Positions 55,614 through 64,000 of a DNA stretch of 64,000 nucleotides are shown piece after piece; the first letter of the stretch is position 1, and each line of letters starts with the position of its first letter. A model generated the notes under the pieces. It had not been told where the DNA came from. It did no database searches and saw only the letters and a list, made by a program, of their open reading frames with translations. Made by a program: the position numbers and the translations under genes. This DNA comes from a virus. The stretch is from positions 1 to 64,000 of the IMG/VR virus record IMGVR_UViG_3300031111_000001, one strand, 5' to 3'.

Positions 55614-55789
55614 TCTCCTTTGTTTTTGGGTTTGCGGAAAATCCAGAACAGAAGGCCCGGAATGGCGAACGCCATATAGAGAGTGCAGACCTTGTAGTGC
55701 TGGACCTGATACTCGGCCATTAGATCGGGGTTGAAGACGCCGAAGACAATCAGCAGCAGCCCCACGAAGAGATAGAGAATGACCGGCAT
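55610..55789 (-). CDS. small membrane protein (59 aa, not in ORF track)
   Basis: MPVILYLFVGLLLIVFG; AGGGGG RBS. Confidence 0.5.
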   Translation of the reverse strand: MPVILYLFVGLLLIVFGVFNPDLMAEYQVQHYKVCTLYMAFAIPGLLFWIFRKPKNKGE

Positions 55790-55876
55790 GGCCTAGCCCC
55801 CTTTCTGGCGATTGATTGCAGGTTGAAGGATCATTCAGGCCTTTCCGCTGCGAAGGTGTTGTGTATTTCCTGCGCT

Positions 55877-56398
55877 TTAGCCAAACGAAACCACCAGTTC
55901 ATGCTCCTTGAGCGCATGGTAGGAGGCTACGGCGTCAGCGATGTGTTCAAAGCGATTCTTGAACTTCGGCCATTGGAAATCGGGGTAAAGGGCGCGGACA
56001 GCGTCCATCATCTGGTCCTTCTCAGCACCGCGAAGGCCAGTTAGAGCTTTCTTTCCGGCCAAAGGGGTAGACCATGCGTGTTTGATCTCCCGCATGGAGA
56101 CGACCACGGCCACTACAGCGGTTGCCATCGCCATCTGGGTGGCCGCACTGGCTGATTGCGCACCGCCCGTTGGGAGTTCCCCGATGATTGCCTGGGGTTT
56201 GTACTTGTTGATGACCTCGATCAGCCCGGCGGCAAGCCCCTGCGATCTACGGACATTGTCATCGGCGACTCGAAACTTGCTCTTGGAAAGCCCAAGCTCG
56301 TTCTTCTTCGTCTTGATGCACCCGCAGTCAATGGGCTTGCCGCCGTCGAAGGCACACCATCCCGTGTTGGCGAAACCAACGTCCAGGGCGATCAGCAT
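55877..56398 (-). CDS. RuvC-like Holliday junction resolvase
   Basis: LIALDVGFANTGW, IIGE, KKALTG..AEKDQM, EHIADA. Confidence 0.88.
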   Translation of the reverse strand: MLIALDVGFANTGWCAFDGGKPIDCGCIKTKKNELGLSKSKFRVADDNVRRSQGLAAGLIEVINKYKPQAIIGELPTGGAQSASAATQMAMATAVVAVVVSMREIKHAWSTPLAGKKALTGLRGAEKDQMMDAVRALYPDFQWPKFKNRFEHIADAVASYHALKEHELVVSFG

Positions 56399-57018
56399 TC
56401 CTTGCGGTTGGCCGGGAGCATGCAGAGCAGCTTGATCTTCTCGGCGTCGAGGACTTTGCCGCTCTCGACGCTGTACCACTCGTTGCAGAGGATGCAGCGG
56501 GCACCCGTGCCATCGGCGACGAGCTTGCCGCCACAGGGGCAGAGCTTCATGAGGTGGCCGTACATGCCCTGAAGGATGGAGTTGGTGATGTCCTGGGAGC
56601 CATAGGCAAACGGCTTGTCCTCGACGATCTCGCCGTCATCCTCCAGGCCCGGATGAACCTTGTCCTTGTAGCACTCGCCGTCGATCTCGCAGGCGGTGCC
56701 CTGATCGACGACGCCACGGCACAGACACTCGCCGTCGTCGCACGCGGAACAGTCCACTTCGACGTTCTCGATCTCGCAGACCTCGTCCTTCATGAGGGTT
56801 TCGGTGGCTTCGTGGCTGGACGGGGACAGGATAAAGTTGCCCTTGTCGTAGTTGATCATGAGGCCGCGAACATCGTCCAGCAGGGACTCGTTGATGACCA
56901 TGGGCCTGCCGGTGCGTTTCTTGTAAAGGCTGGCGAGAGCGGCCAGCAGTGCCACCTCCAGGGTGAGTTCCTTTCCGTTCACGACGACCTTGTCGCCGTA
57001 GATCGCTTCGATCTGCAT
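56392..57018 (-). CDS. Cys-rich hypothetical protein
   Basis: AAGGAG RBS; CPCGG..CILC. Confidence 0.7.
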   Translation of the reverse strand: MQIEAIYGDKVVVNGKELTLEVALLAALASLYKKRTGRPMVINESLLDDVRGLMINYDKGNFILSPSSHEATETLMKDEVCEIENVEVDCSACDDGECLCRGVVDQGTACEIDGECYKDKVHPGLEDDGEIVEDKPFAYGSQDITNSILQGMYGHLMKLCPCGGKLVADGTGARCILCNEWYSVESGKVLDAEKIKLLCMLPANRKEC

Positions 57019-57071
57019 CGTGTCTCCTTGAATGTTGTTGTGCTGCGAAGTGTTTCAGTCTGCTCGTCGGA

Positions 57072-57103
57072 TTAGTCGTACCGACGCCCGTGTCTGGATG
57101 AAT
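57072..57103 (-). promoter_or_regulatory. 32-bp repeat copy 2, putative phage-specific promoter
   Basis: TTAGTCGTACCGACGCCCGTGTCTGGATGAAT, identical to 53697-53728. Confidence 0.6.
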
Positions 57104-57143
57104 ATTTCAGAAGAAATTTTAATTTTTCTTCTAGTGACCTGGA

Positions 57144-59039
57144 CTAATAGGAAAAAGTTCCTCGCCGTCCAGTTTTAGAAACGGTCAAAATGTCGCCCAC
57201 AAGGCTCTTGAAATGGGACTGGTGGGTGATCAGGAAGACGTGGGGGATTTCCTTCGTGATCCTGAAGCAGAGGTCCATGACCGGCTCCGCAGAGCCTGAG
57301 TCCAGGCTTTCAAAAACCTCGTCGAGGAAAATGAAGTTCAAAGAACTCGCGGCCATAGACCGCACCAGCGCATTGAAAGACACCGCCAGGGCAAGGTTGA
57401 TTTTCTGCCTCTCGCCGCCAGAACTCCCGACAAACGATGACGCGCCATGCTCGTTTTTGACCTCGATATCGAATTTCTCGCGCACTTCACCGGACTTGAG
57501 TTTCTTCAGCGTGGACACCGTAATCTCGATGTCGTCCAATAACATGGCGTTATCGTAAATGATTCTATTCAACTCCGGGGTCACGGAGTCGAACACGTAG
57601 GATTTCAATCCGCCGTTCCCGAAGGTGGCCTCCAGCATGTTGACTAGGGCCATCCGTTCTTCCAGCGGAGAGAGCAGGGCGTTGTGTTCGGACAGCTTGG
57701 ATCGGGCAGCGTCTAAATTCGCCTTCTGAGCGTCTCTAATGGGGCGATGCGGACACGACTCCGTTTCAATGGCTTGGAGCCGTCTACGGGCCTCTGAGAG
57801 CCTCTGGGAGGCATATTGAAGGTCAGACTCCAACTGCTGTCGGCGGGCCACGTCGGCACCGTTCTGAATCACCTGCTCACGGGCCTGGGCTGCTTCGGCG
57901 GCTCTGGCGGCAAGCTGCTCTCTGAGGTTGGTGAGATTCGCAACAGATGTCGCGACGGTAGCCGTCTCGATGTCAAGCGCAGCTACTTCGGCCTCCAGCT
58001 TGTCGGACTCGTCCTGAAGCCTCTTGAGCATGGCCGCGATGTCCTGCGGGCCGAATGCGCGACCACATGCTTCGCACTTCGCGCCGTCGTTGGTGAGCGT
58101 CGAAGCCGTCTCGGCCACCTTGCGCTGTCTGGTCAGAACGCCTTCCTGCTTGAGGGTCAGGGCGTATTGTTCCTGAGACACCCGCTCGATCTTGGCGTTA
58201 AGCTGCTGGGCCAAATCATTGAACTTCGACACGGTTGCGTCGGCGACAGCAAGGTTCTGCCGGTACTGCTCGACATTCGCCGGGCACTGATCCAGGGCTT
58301 CCTTGGCTCGGCGCTCCTCAAGCTCCAGTCGGCCCTTGTCGCTATTCGCCTCCAGCACCCTGGAGCCGAAGTCCGTTTGCCAGACGGCCATGGCCCGTTC
58401 AGCGGCCTCCAGGCTCTGCTCGGCGTTGGTGATCTCGTATTCCGTGATTACCCTTATGGTGTCCCTTATCCGGGTGATCTCGGCCTCCAGACGCTTCTGT
58501 TCGGCCTTGATCTTGGCATGATCCTCGGAGAAGAACGTCAGGCCCAGAGCCTCCTCAAAAACCGTTTTGAACTCCTTGTCTGTGGACGCGGCAAACGCCT
58601 TCACGTCGCCCTGGCCGAAGTGGGCCACCTTGGAGAACGTGCCCTCGGACATGCCCACGATCTGTTCGATCATGATCTGCGTGTCGAAGGACGTGCCCTT
58701 GGTGATCTCCTGCCCGGCCTTCCAGATACGCAGGGAGTTCTTCAGCTTGGCGTCCTTCCGGGTACGGATGATCACCACGTCGTCGAAGTGAAACTCCACC
58801 CGGCAGTCCTTGTCGGCCTCCTCGTTCACTACGGCATCACCCTTCAGGCCGCGCTTCGTGGTCCCCCACAGCGCCCAATGGATCGCCTCGTAGATGGTTG
58901 ATTTCGAGGCACCGTTGGAAATAGAGGTCGGGCTGGAGTTGTTGATGCCCTCGATCAAGACCAGACCCGGCTTTGTAAAGGTAAGTTCCCCTTTGCCGAT
59001 GCCCATGAAGTTCTGTATTTTGAGTAGTTTGGCGATCAC
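57144..59039 (-). CDS. sbcC: SbcC/Rad50-like ATPase (gp46-like)
   Basis: IQNFM, NGASKST, CEACG Zn hook, SSGGERQK, FLDEVF, ITH. Confidence 0.92.
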   Translation of the reverse strand: MIAKLLKIQNFMGIGKGELTFTKPGLVLIEGINNSSPTSISNGASKSTIYEAIHWALWGTTKRGLKGDAVVNEEADKDCRVEFHFDDVVIIRTRKDAKLKNSLRIWKAGQEITKGTSFDTQIMIEQIVGMSEGTFSKVAHFGQGDVKAFAASTDKEFKTVFEEALGLTFFSEDHAKIKAEQKRLEAEITRIRDTIRVITEYEITNAEQSLEAAERAMAVWQTDFGSRVLEANSDKGRLELEERRAKEALDQCPANVEQYRQNLAVADATVSKFNDLAQQLNAKIERVSQEQYALTLKQEGVLTRQRKVAETASTLTNDGAKCEACGRAFGPQDIAAMLKRLQDESDKLEAEVAALDIETATVATSVANLTNLREQLAARAAEAAQAREQVIQNGADVARRQQLESDLQYASQRLSEARRRLQAIETESCPHRPIRDAQKANLDAARSKLSEHNALLSPLEERMALVNMLEATFGNGGLKSYVFDSVTPELNRIIYDNAMLLDDIEITVSTLKKLKSGEVREKFDIEVKNEHGASSFVGSSGGERQKINLALAVSFNALVRSMAASSLNFIFLDEVFESLDSGSAEPVMDLCFRITKEIPHVFLITHQSHFKSLVGDILTVSKTGRRGTFSY

Positions 59040-59278
59040 AAAGTCACCCTGATCACCGGCACCCAAATGTTGCGAACCCATTCGGCGGCGCGACCATCAG
59101 CCCCATTGACCAGCAGGAACTGTGTATCGGTCTTAGAGACGCCCAGGACTTTCTCCAATTGGTCATCGTTGATACAGACGGCATCCTTGATACAAAACGC
59201 CTTCCGTGCCAAAACAGCCTCCTTGTAGGACGGGGCGATGATAATGGTTCGTTTTTCGGGATTGATCATATACTCCAC
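59036..59278 (-). CDS. hypothetical protein
   Basis: coupled ORF. Confidence 0.55.
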   Translation of the reverse strand: MEYMINPEKRTIIIAPSYKEAVLARKAFCIKDAVCINDDQLEKVLGVSKTDTQFLLVNGADGRAAEWVRNIWVPVIRVTL

Positions 59279-59727
59279 CAGTCTTTCTGGACGTTCTTCA
59301 TGCGGGCTGCGCCAAGTCCGCGATCCACAAACAGGTTCCCACCGTAGTCGTGAGCTACAACCTTGCCATTAAGCAACCCGAAGTTTTGGTACTTGAGATC
59401 GGTGAAGAAGTTAGGGAGCTTCTTCGGGGCCATATCTGGTGGCAGAGGATGTGTCCGATGCTGGATCAGCACTTGTGCGCAGGGCGAAACAGCAACGCAG
59501 GGGGCGAACCACTGCGCCCACTTCGTGTACTGGACCTGATCCCATACATCCCATTCAATCGCGTTTTGGAATCGGTTATGGGAACTGAACTCAATCTTCA
59601 CAACGAGGTTCTTGGGATCAAGCGCGTACTCATAGACGTGTCGGAAGCAGCCACCCCCGATGAAACACCCCACGAACATTCGCAGGGCGTCATCGAGGCA
59701 GACTTTGGGTTCGTCGAGGATGTACAT
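59266..59727 (-). CDS. minimal protein-kinase-like protein
   Basis: IGGGCFRHVY, VVK, NAIE, DLKYQNFG, HDYG. Confidence 0.7.
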   Translation of the reverse strand: MYILDEPKVCLDDALRMFVGCFIGGGCFRHVYEYALDPKNLVVKIEFSSHNRFQNAIEWDVWDQVQYTKWAQWFAPCVAVSPCAQVLIQHRTHPLPPDMAPKKLPNFFTDLKYQNFGLLNGKVVAHDYGGNLFVDRGLGAARMKNVQKDWWSI

Positions 59728-59951
59728 CACCCGCTCCCAAGAGCCGCGCACGTACCACCAACAAAAATCCCCAGCGGTAATGCAGCCACGATGGCTCCCC
59801 AGCCGAACTGGTGCCCCATGATGGCCGACATCAACCCGCCGATCACTGGCGTGAAAATCAACGTGAGTACCAGTGCCACGATCATGAACGATCCAGAAGG
59901 CGGATCGATGGGAATATCGCCTTCGGGGCTAATGAAAATAGGAACAAACAT
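59727..59951 (-). CDS. small membrane protein
   Basis: two TM segments; GGAG RBS. Confidence 0.6.
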   Translation of the reverse strand: MFVPIFISPEGDIPIDPPSGSFMIVALVLTLIFTPVIGGLMSAIMGHQFGWGAIVAALPLGIFVGGTCAALGSG

Positions 59952-59953
59952 GG

Positions 59954-61327
59954 CTACTCCCTGTCCAGTTTCAGCACCCGGAACGTGGGGAACTGCAAGG
60001 CCCAGACGCCGTCCTCGTTAGGCTCGTCGGAGAAGGTCTGGAACTGGATTTCGGCCAGCAACCCCTTCAGGCGGTCCCGGTTGGCGTACATCCAGTCACG
60101 GGTGGGTTTTTCCTGCCAGCCCCAATCCCCGCCGTCCCAATCGAGCTTCTGGGCGATCTTATTGCCGTCACGGTCCAGGCTGAACTCGGAAAACCCGGAG
60201 CCGCACTCGCACCGCACGAAGCGCTCCTCATATTGTCCATCGACCTTCCACTTCACCGTGCCGCTGATGACGATGGTGCCGCACGTATTCGCGAAGCGAC
60301 CATCAGGTTCGCCAAGCTGCACCTCTTCAATGATGAAGTCGGCTTCGTGGAAAGGCTTGTACTTGAGAAGCTGGTTGCTGCGCTTCCACTCGTAGGGAAT
60401 ATCCGGGTGGCGCAACATCAAGCCTTCGAAACCTTCCTTGTACATCGCCAGCATGAAGTCTTCGATCAACTGCGGCTTATTGACCACTTTGAAGTACTCC
60501 AGCGGGCGCAGGTACTCGTACTTGCTCCAGTCGATTTCGCGGAGCTTGTTGATCATGTCGTCGGTGGTTTTGATCTCGTCGCCACCAATGGCGAAGACAT
60601 TGAAGAAGATTTTCTTCTTGTTTTTCTCGGAGACGTTGCGATTGCCGCGCACGAAGCTCTGGATGCGCTGGAACGGAATCTGACGGTTGAAGAGTTCGCC
60701 GTCGATGAACTGGAGGTCGTATTCGGCTGCAAGAGCGGCCAATTCGGACACGACGTGACCAAAACCGAAGAAAGGATGGCCCTCACGGGAGCGGATGACG
60801 TTGACGCCCTCCAGCACTTCGCCGTCGATGTCCCAATAGCCGCGCAGGCCGTTCAGTTTACGGCTACACCACCAGTGGTCCACGCCCTTGTACTTCTTTT
60901 CGGAATCGTACTTGTTGGCGAGTTGGACGGTGAAGATCGGGATGAAACCATGCCCCAGAACGGTGTTGACCAGCTTCGCGCCGATGCCAACCTTGAGGTC
61001 TTTCTTGATGATTCTGGAAAATACGTCCTGTGCAATGCCGTTGCATTGGCCCAAGAACCTTTTGACAGCGTCCTTGGCGTTGTTGCCGGTGAGCTTTCGG
61101 GTGGTAAGCTGGTAGAAAAGCTGGCAGAAGTCCTGATAGGCTTGGTCGAATGTTAAACCACCCAGCGCGGGAGGATCGACTTTCGGCAGCTTCTTCATAA
61201 AGGTCGGCGTGAACGGGTTCAGGGCCATGACCAACGCGCTATGCACGCGAGGAGAGGCCGACCTGATCAGATCGGCCTTGGCGTTGGTGCCGGGGGTGGA
61301 AGTGGCTTCGACTAGGAATCGCTCCAT
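59954..61327 (-). CDS. lig: ATP-dependent DNA ligase
   Basis: RKLNGLR, IDGEL, FNVF, EGLML, LLKYK, CGSGFS, LQFPTF. Confidence 0.92.
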   Translation of the reverse strand: MERFLVEATSTPGTNAKADLIRSASPRVHSALVMALNPFTPTFMKKLPKVDPPALGGLTFDQAYQDFCQLFYQLTTRKLTGNNAKDAVKRFLGQCNGIAQDVFSRIIKKDLKVGIGAKLVNTVLGHGFIPIFTVQLANKYDSEKKYKGVDHWWCSRKLNGLRGYWDIDGEVLEGVNVIRSREGHPFFGFGHVVSELAALAAEYDLQFIDGELFNRQIPFQRIQSFVRGNRNVSEKNKKKIFFNVFAIGGDEIKTTDDMINKLREIDWSKYEYLRPLEYFKVVNKPQLIEDFMLAMYKEGFEGLMLRHPDIPYEWKRSNQLLKYKPFHEADFIIEEVQLGEPDGRFANTCGTIVISGTVKWKVDGQYEERFVRCECGSGFSEFSLDRDGNKIAQKLDWDGGDWGWQEKPTRDWMYANRDRLKGLLAEIQFQTFSDEPNEDGVWALQFPTFRVLKLDRE

Positions 61328-61329
61328 CG

Positions 61330-61482
61330 CTACTTCACCTCGGTGTTCTGGAAGCAAAAGTTGCAGCGGACAACCCGCGTGCCCCACCACTCGATAACCT
61401 CCCAGACTGTGCTGGGGTGGGTGGTTCCGCAGTGCGGGCACTTGAAGACTTTCTTTTTGTCGAAGGTTTTCTCAAAGGGCAT
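61330..61482 (-). CDS. small Zn-finger protein (50 aa, not in ORF track)
   Basis: CPHC...CNFC; coupled to SbcD stop. Confidence 0.55.
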   Translation of the reverse strand: MPFEKTFDKKKVFKCPHCGTTHPSTVWEVIEWWGTRVVRCNFCFQNTEVK

Positions 61483-62537
61483 TATACTTTTTCTCCACAT
61501 AGTTCGTTGTACATGGACAGCAGTTCCCTTTTGTGAGGGACAAGATCGGGCTTCATGTCGATGTATTCCCCAAGCATTTGTGTCGGGGTACTCAGGCCAA
61601 TGGTTTGTGAGTGCGCTGTTGCGAACTCTTTTTCGTACCTAATGGCGAAGCCTGGACAGTTGTTCTGCTGGCAATATTCCTTGATCTTTTCCGATAGCCG
61701 CTTATTTTTGATCTTCCATGTCGTGAATATATTCTCGACAGTGACGTTCCGCATTTCCTTGACGTTCGACACGGACACAGTCTGGAAGGAGGGATGTGAT
61801 TCGATTTTGTGATGCAGCAGTTGGTCGTCGTCCGTCAGGACGTAACAAAACCGGGTACTCCCGGCATCGCCGAAGTTGTGCTGCACCAACGCTCCAGGGC
61901 TGAAGACCTTAGAGTGCGTGGGGTTTATCATCGGGTAGTGATAGTGCCCGGCAATCACCCAAGCATTAGTCACTGACTCCAAATAGGAGGCGGTGAGTTT
62001 GGTTTCCGGCATGTTGCCGTGGGGCCTGAAGTCATCCACGCCCTGGTGGATCAGAATGATCCGTGGGTTGCCTTTGGCGATCCGCTCGTACTCGCGCCGG
62101 AAGTCATCCAGATCGTGACAGTAGGGGATGGCAGCAATCTTGCCGATGCTGGTATCCAGGGCCACGGGCTCCATAACGATATGGATACGGAATTGACCGC
62201 GTCCGAAACCATCAAGCATGTCCAGACTGGACACGTCGTAGTTGTAGTTTTCCAGGTCATGGTTGCCGACAGAAATGATAGGCTCCATTCCGTGGTCCAT
62301 GGCGTAGATTAAACAACGCTTGACGACTTTACCGACTGAAGGACGAATATGAGCGCGTGTGTGAAACACATCGCCGGGAATCAATAAATAATTGCAGTTG
62401 TGATTTGCGCCAAATCGCACGGCTTCTCGAAAGGCTGCTTCGATAAGAAGGAGGCGAGAAGGGAACCCTCCCGCCTCCATTTTTGAGAACGCCTTGAAAC
62501 CGTGGAAATGCGGATCACTAAGAACCAGTGCTGGCAT
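61482..62537 (-). CDS. sbcD: SbcD/Mre11-like nuclease (gp47-like)
   Basis: SDPH, GDVFH, GNHD, GHYH, PGALVQHNFGD. Confidence 0.9.
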   Translation of the reverse strand: MPALVLSDPHFHGFKAFSKMEAGGFPSRLLLIEAAFREAVRFGANHNCNYLLIPGDVFHTRAHIRPSVGKVVKRCLIYAMDHGMEPIISVGNHDLENYNYDVSSLDMLDGFGRGQFRIHIVMEPVALDTSIGKIAAIPYCHDLDDFRREYERIAKGNPRIILIHQGVDDFRPHGNMPETKLTASYLESVTNAWVIAGHYHYPMINPTHSKVFSPGALVQHNFGDAGSTRFCYVLTDDDQLLHHKIESHPSFQTVSVSNVKEMRNVTVENIFTTWKIKNKRLSEKIKEYCQQNNCPGFAIRYEKEFATAHSQTIGLSTPTQMLGEYIDMKPDLVPHKRELLSMYNELCGEKV

Positions 62538-63522
62538 CGTCGTCCTTGAACGACTCAGCGATGAACTTCTGGTACTCCTCCGGGTTACTTTGGAATAGTT
62601 CGGTCAAGTCCTTTGCGCGGTACTTTTTCCCGTCCCACTCCAACCATCCCTGCGAGTCACCCAGCAACCCAAGCTCGTTGGCGAATTTGAGGTGGGAGCC
62701 GATGAAATCGATCCCCGTCTCAAACAGGTTGATGTACTCGCCCGTGACCAGCGGCGGTGCGGTCTTGTTCTTCTTGCCCAGCGCCCGAATGATTTCCCCG
62801 AAAGCGTTTTCGCTTCCTTTGAGGGTTTTGATCTTGGTAAGCTGGATACGCACGGATGCGTAGAACTTGGTCGCGTTGCCACCGGGAGTCTTCGTCTTGT
62901 CGCCCATCATCTGGCCCACGTTGTCGCGAGTCTGGTTCAGCAGGATCAACGTGACGTTCATCTTGTTGATCATGCTGGCGAGTTTGGGCAGGGCCGAAGA
63001 CATGACGGTGGGAAGATTGATGCGTGTGTTCATCTTCTCTTCCCCGAAGGCGGTTTCCTGCTGGCTCTTGGTGACCATCGCCGCCACAGAGTCCACCACG
63101 ATGGTGATGTGGCGCTGGGAATCACTGTTACGCACGATGTTGATGATCTTCTCGATCAGGGCGAAGCTCTCTTCCGCAGTCGTTGGCTGCTTGTACAGCC
63201 ACTTGTTCGGATCGTCGTCCAGACCAAATTGCTTGGCCCGGCTCAGAGAGAAGCTGTGTTCATGATCGAGGAAGACGCAGAAGCCACCAACACGCTGGGT
63301 TTCAACCATCGCAACGGTGGCGATGGCCGTCTTACCGCAGGACTCCTTTCCGTAAATCTCGGTGATGCGCCCCACAGGGAACCCACCGTGATATCTGCCG
63401 GAAAGCACTTTGTTCAGTTGGACAAGGCCAGTGGAGAGCCACTGGTTCACGTCCTGATTATCGTCGCTGAGTCCGCATTCCTTTTGGATTTCATCCACAA
63501 GACTCATGGGTTTCTTAGCCAC
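62518..63522 (-). CDS. recA: RecA/UvsX-like recombinase
   Basis: STG..L, GRITEIYGKESCGKT, VVDSVAAM, LNQTR, PGGNATKFYASVR. Confidence 0.95.
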   Translation of the reverse strand: MAKKPMSLVDEIQKECGLSDDNQDVNQWLSTGLVQLNKVLSGRYHGGFPVGRITEIYGKESCGKTAIATVAMVETQRVGGFCVFLDHEHSFSLSRAKQFGLDDDPNKWLYKQPTTAEESFALIEKIINIVRNSDSQRHITIVVDSVAAMVTKSQQETAFGEEKMNTRINLPTVMSSALPKLASMINKMNVTLILLNQTRDNVGQMMGDKTKTPGGNATKFYASVRIQLTKIKTLKGSENAFGEIIRALGKKNKTAPPLVTGEYINLFETGIDFIGSHLKFANELGLLGDSQGWLEWDGKKYRAKDLTELFQSNPEEYQKFIAESFKDDDASTGS

Positions 63523-63584
63523 TATGGCCTCCTAATGGGGGCCGCAGAGCGGGGGCCTTGCGGCCCCCTTTCAGATTGCTCTGG

Positions 63585-64000
63585 TTACTCCTGACAGGCA
63601 CCCAGAATGGATGCCTCAAGGTCGGTGTCAGCCGGGGTGGACGCCACGGGAGGCGCGGCGTCAGGGGCCGGGGCGGGAACGCCATAGCCCGGAGGCAGTT
63701 CGCCCAACTGACTGGAGGCGGGAGCCGCCGGGGCGGCAGGAGTCGCATCGTAGGTCGTCGGGGCCTGGGCAGGGGCCGCAGCAGGAGCAGCGGCAGGGGC
63801 AGCAGTGCCGGGAGCGGCGTTCTGTTTGCCGCCCCGGCGGGCCTCGATGTTCCGGTTCATGATCTCGATGGTTTCCAGAGCGGCCATGTGTTGGTCGTAG
63901 AGCTTGCGAATCGGCTCCATGTCGCCACCGGGGCCAGCCATGAACTGGCCCTTGGTCAGGACCGGCTCAAAGTAGGTGATGCCGCCGTTCTTCTTCATGA
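63585..64000 (-). CDS. 3' end of a gene truncated by the window edge (possible ssDNA-binding protein; Pro/Ala-rich tail)
   Basis: open to window edge; precedes recA. Confidence 0.5.
   Translation of the reverse strand, partial: MKKNGGITYFEPVLTKGQFMAGPGGDMEPIRKLYDQHMAALETIEIMNRNIEARRGGKQNAAPGTAAPAAAPAAAPAQAPTTYDATPAAPAAPASSQLGELPPGYGVPAPAPDAAPPVASTPADTDLEASILGACQE

Overview
A 64-kb segment of a large temperate tailed phage (siphovirus-type, genome >64 kb) in its free, non-integrated form. No host genes are visible. The class III RNR suggests an anaerobic host; a Desulfobacterota/deltaproteobacterial host is only a guess. Left arm (+ strand, ~1.5-39.3 kb): small early hypothetical genes, a serine recombinase, a domain-permuted sigma-like factor, TerS/TerL, then a tRNA cluster interleaved with a collagen-fibre module, then portal, scaffold, capsid, head-tail and tail genes (lambda-type GGGAAAG frameshift, tape measure, gpM/L/K/I-J-like tip), fibres and lysis genes. 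Centre: an attP carrying the 5' half of tRNA-Gly(CCC), a tyrosine integrase and an excisionase. Right arm (- strand, 41-64 kb): nucleotide metabolism (HD nucleotidase, dNMP kinase, ThyX, PIN-PhoH, DHH, a split class III RNR, dUTPase), HU, SPFH, RuvC-like, SbcCD, ligase and RecA. The most notable locus is at 50.5-53.7 kb. A helical+vWA (DUF2828-type, Ro60/TROVE-like architecture) gene is preceded by six Y-RNA-like ncRNA units, each with a covarying terminal stem and a shared UUCAGCAA-type motif. Three of these units carry circularly permuted tRNA-like modules. A seventh copy of the motif pairs over the gene's own start codon, which suggests RNA-titrated autoregulation. Other candidates are a 174-nt CCA-ended tRNA-like RNA, an 8/4-type tRNA-Ser, an anti-leader sRNA and a standalone 44-aa glycyl-radical peptide. 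All functional calls are by eye from motifs and synteny; no database searches were run.
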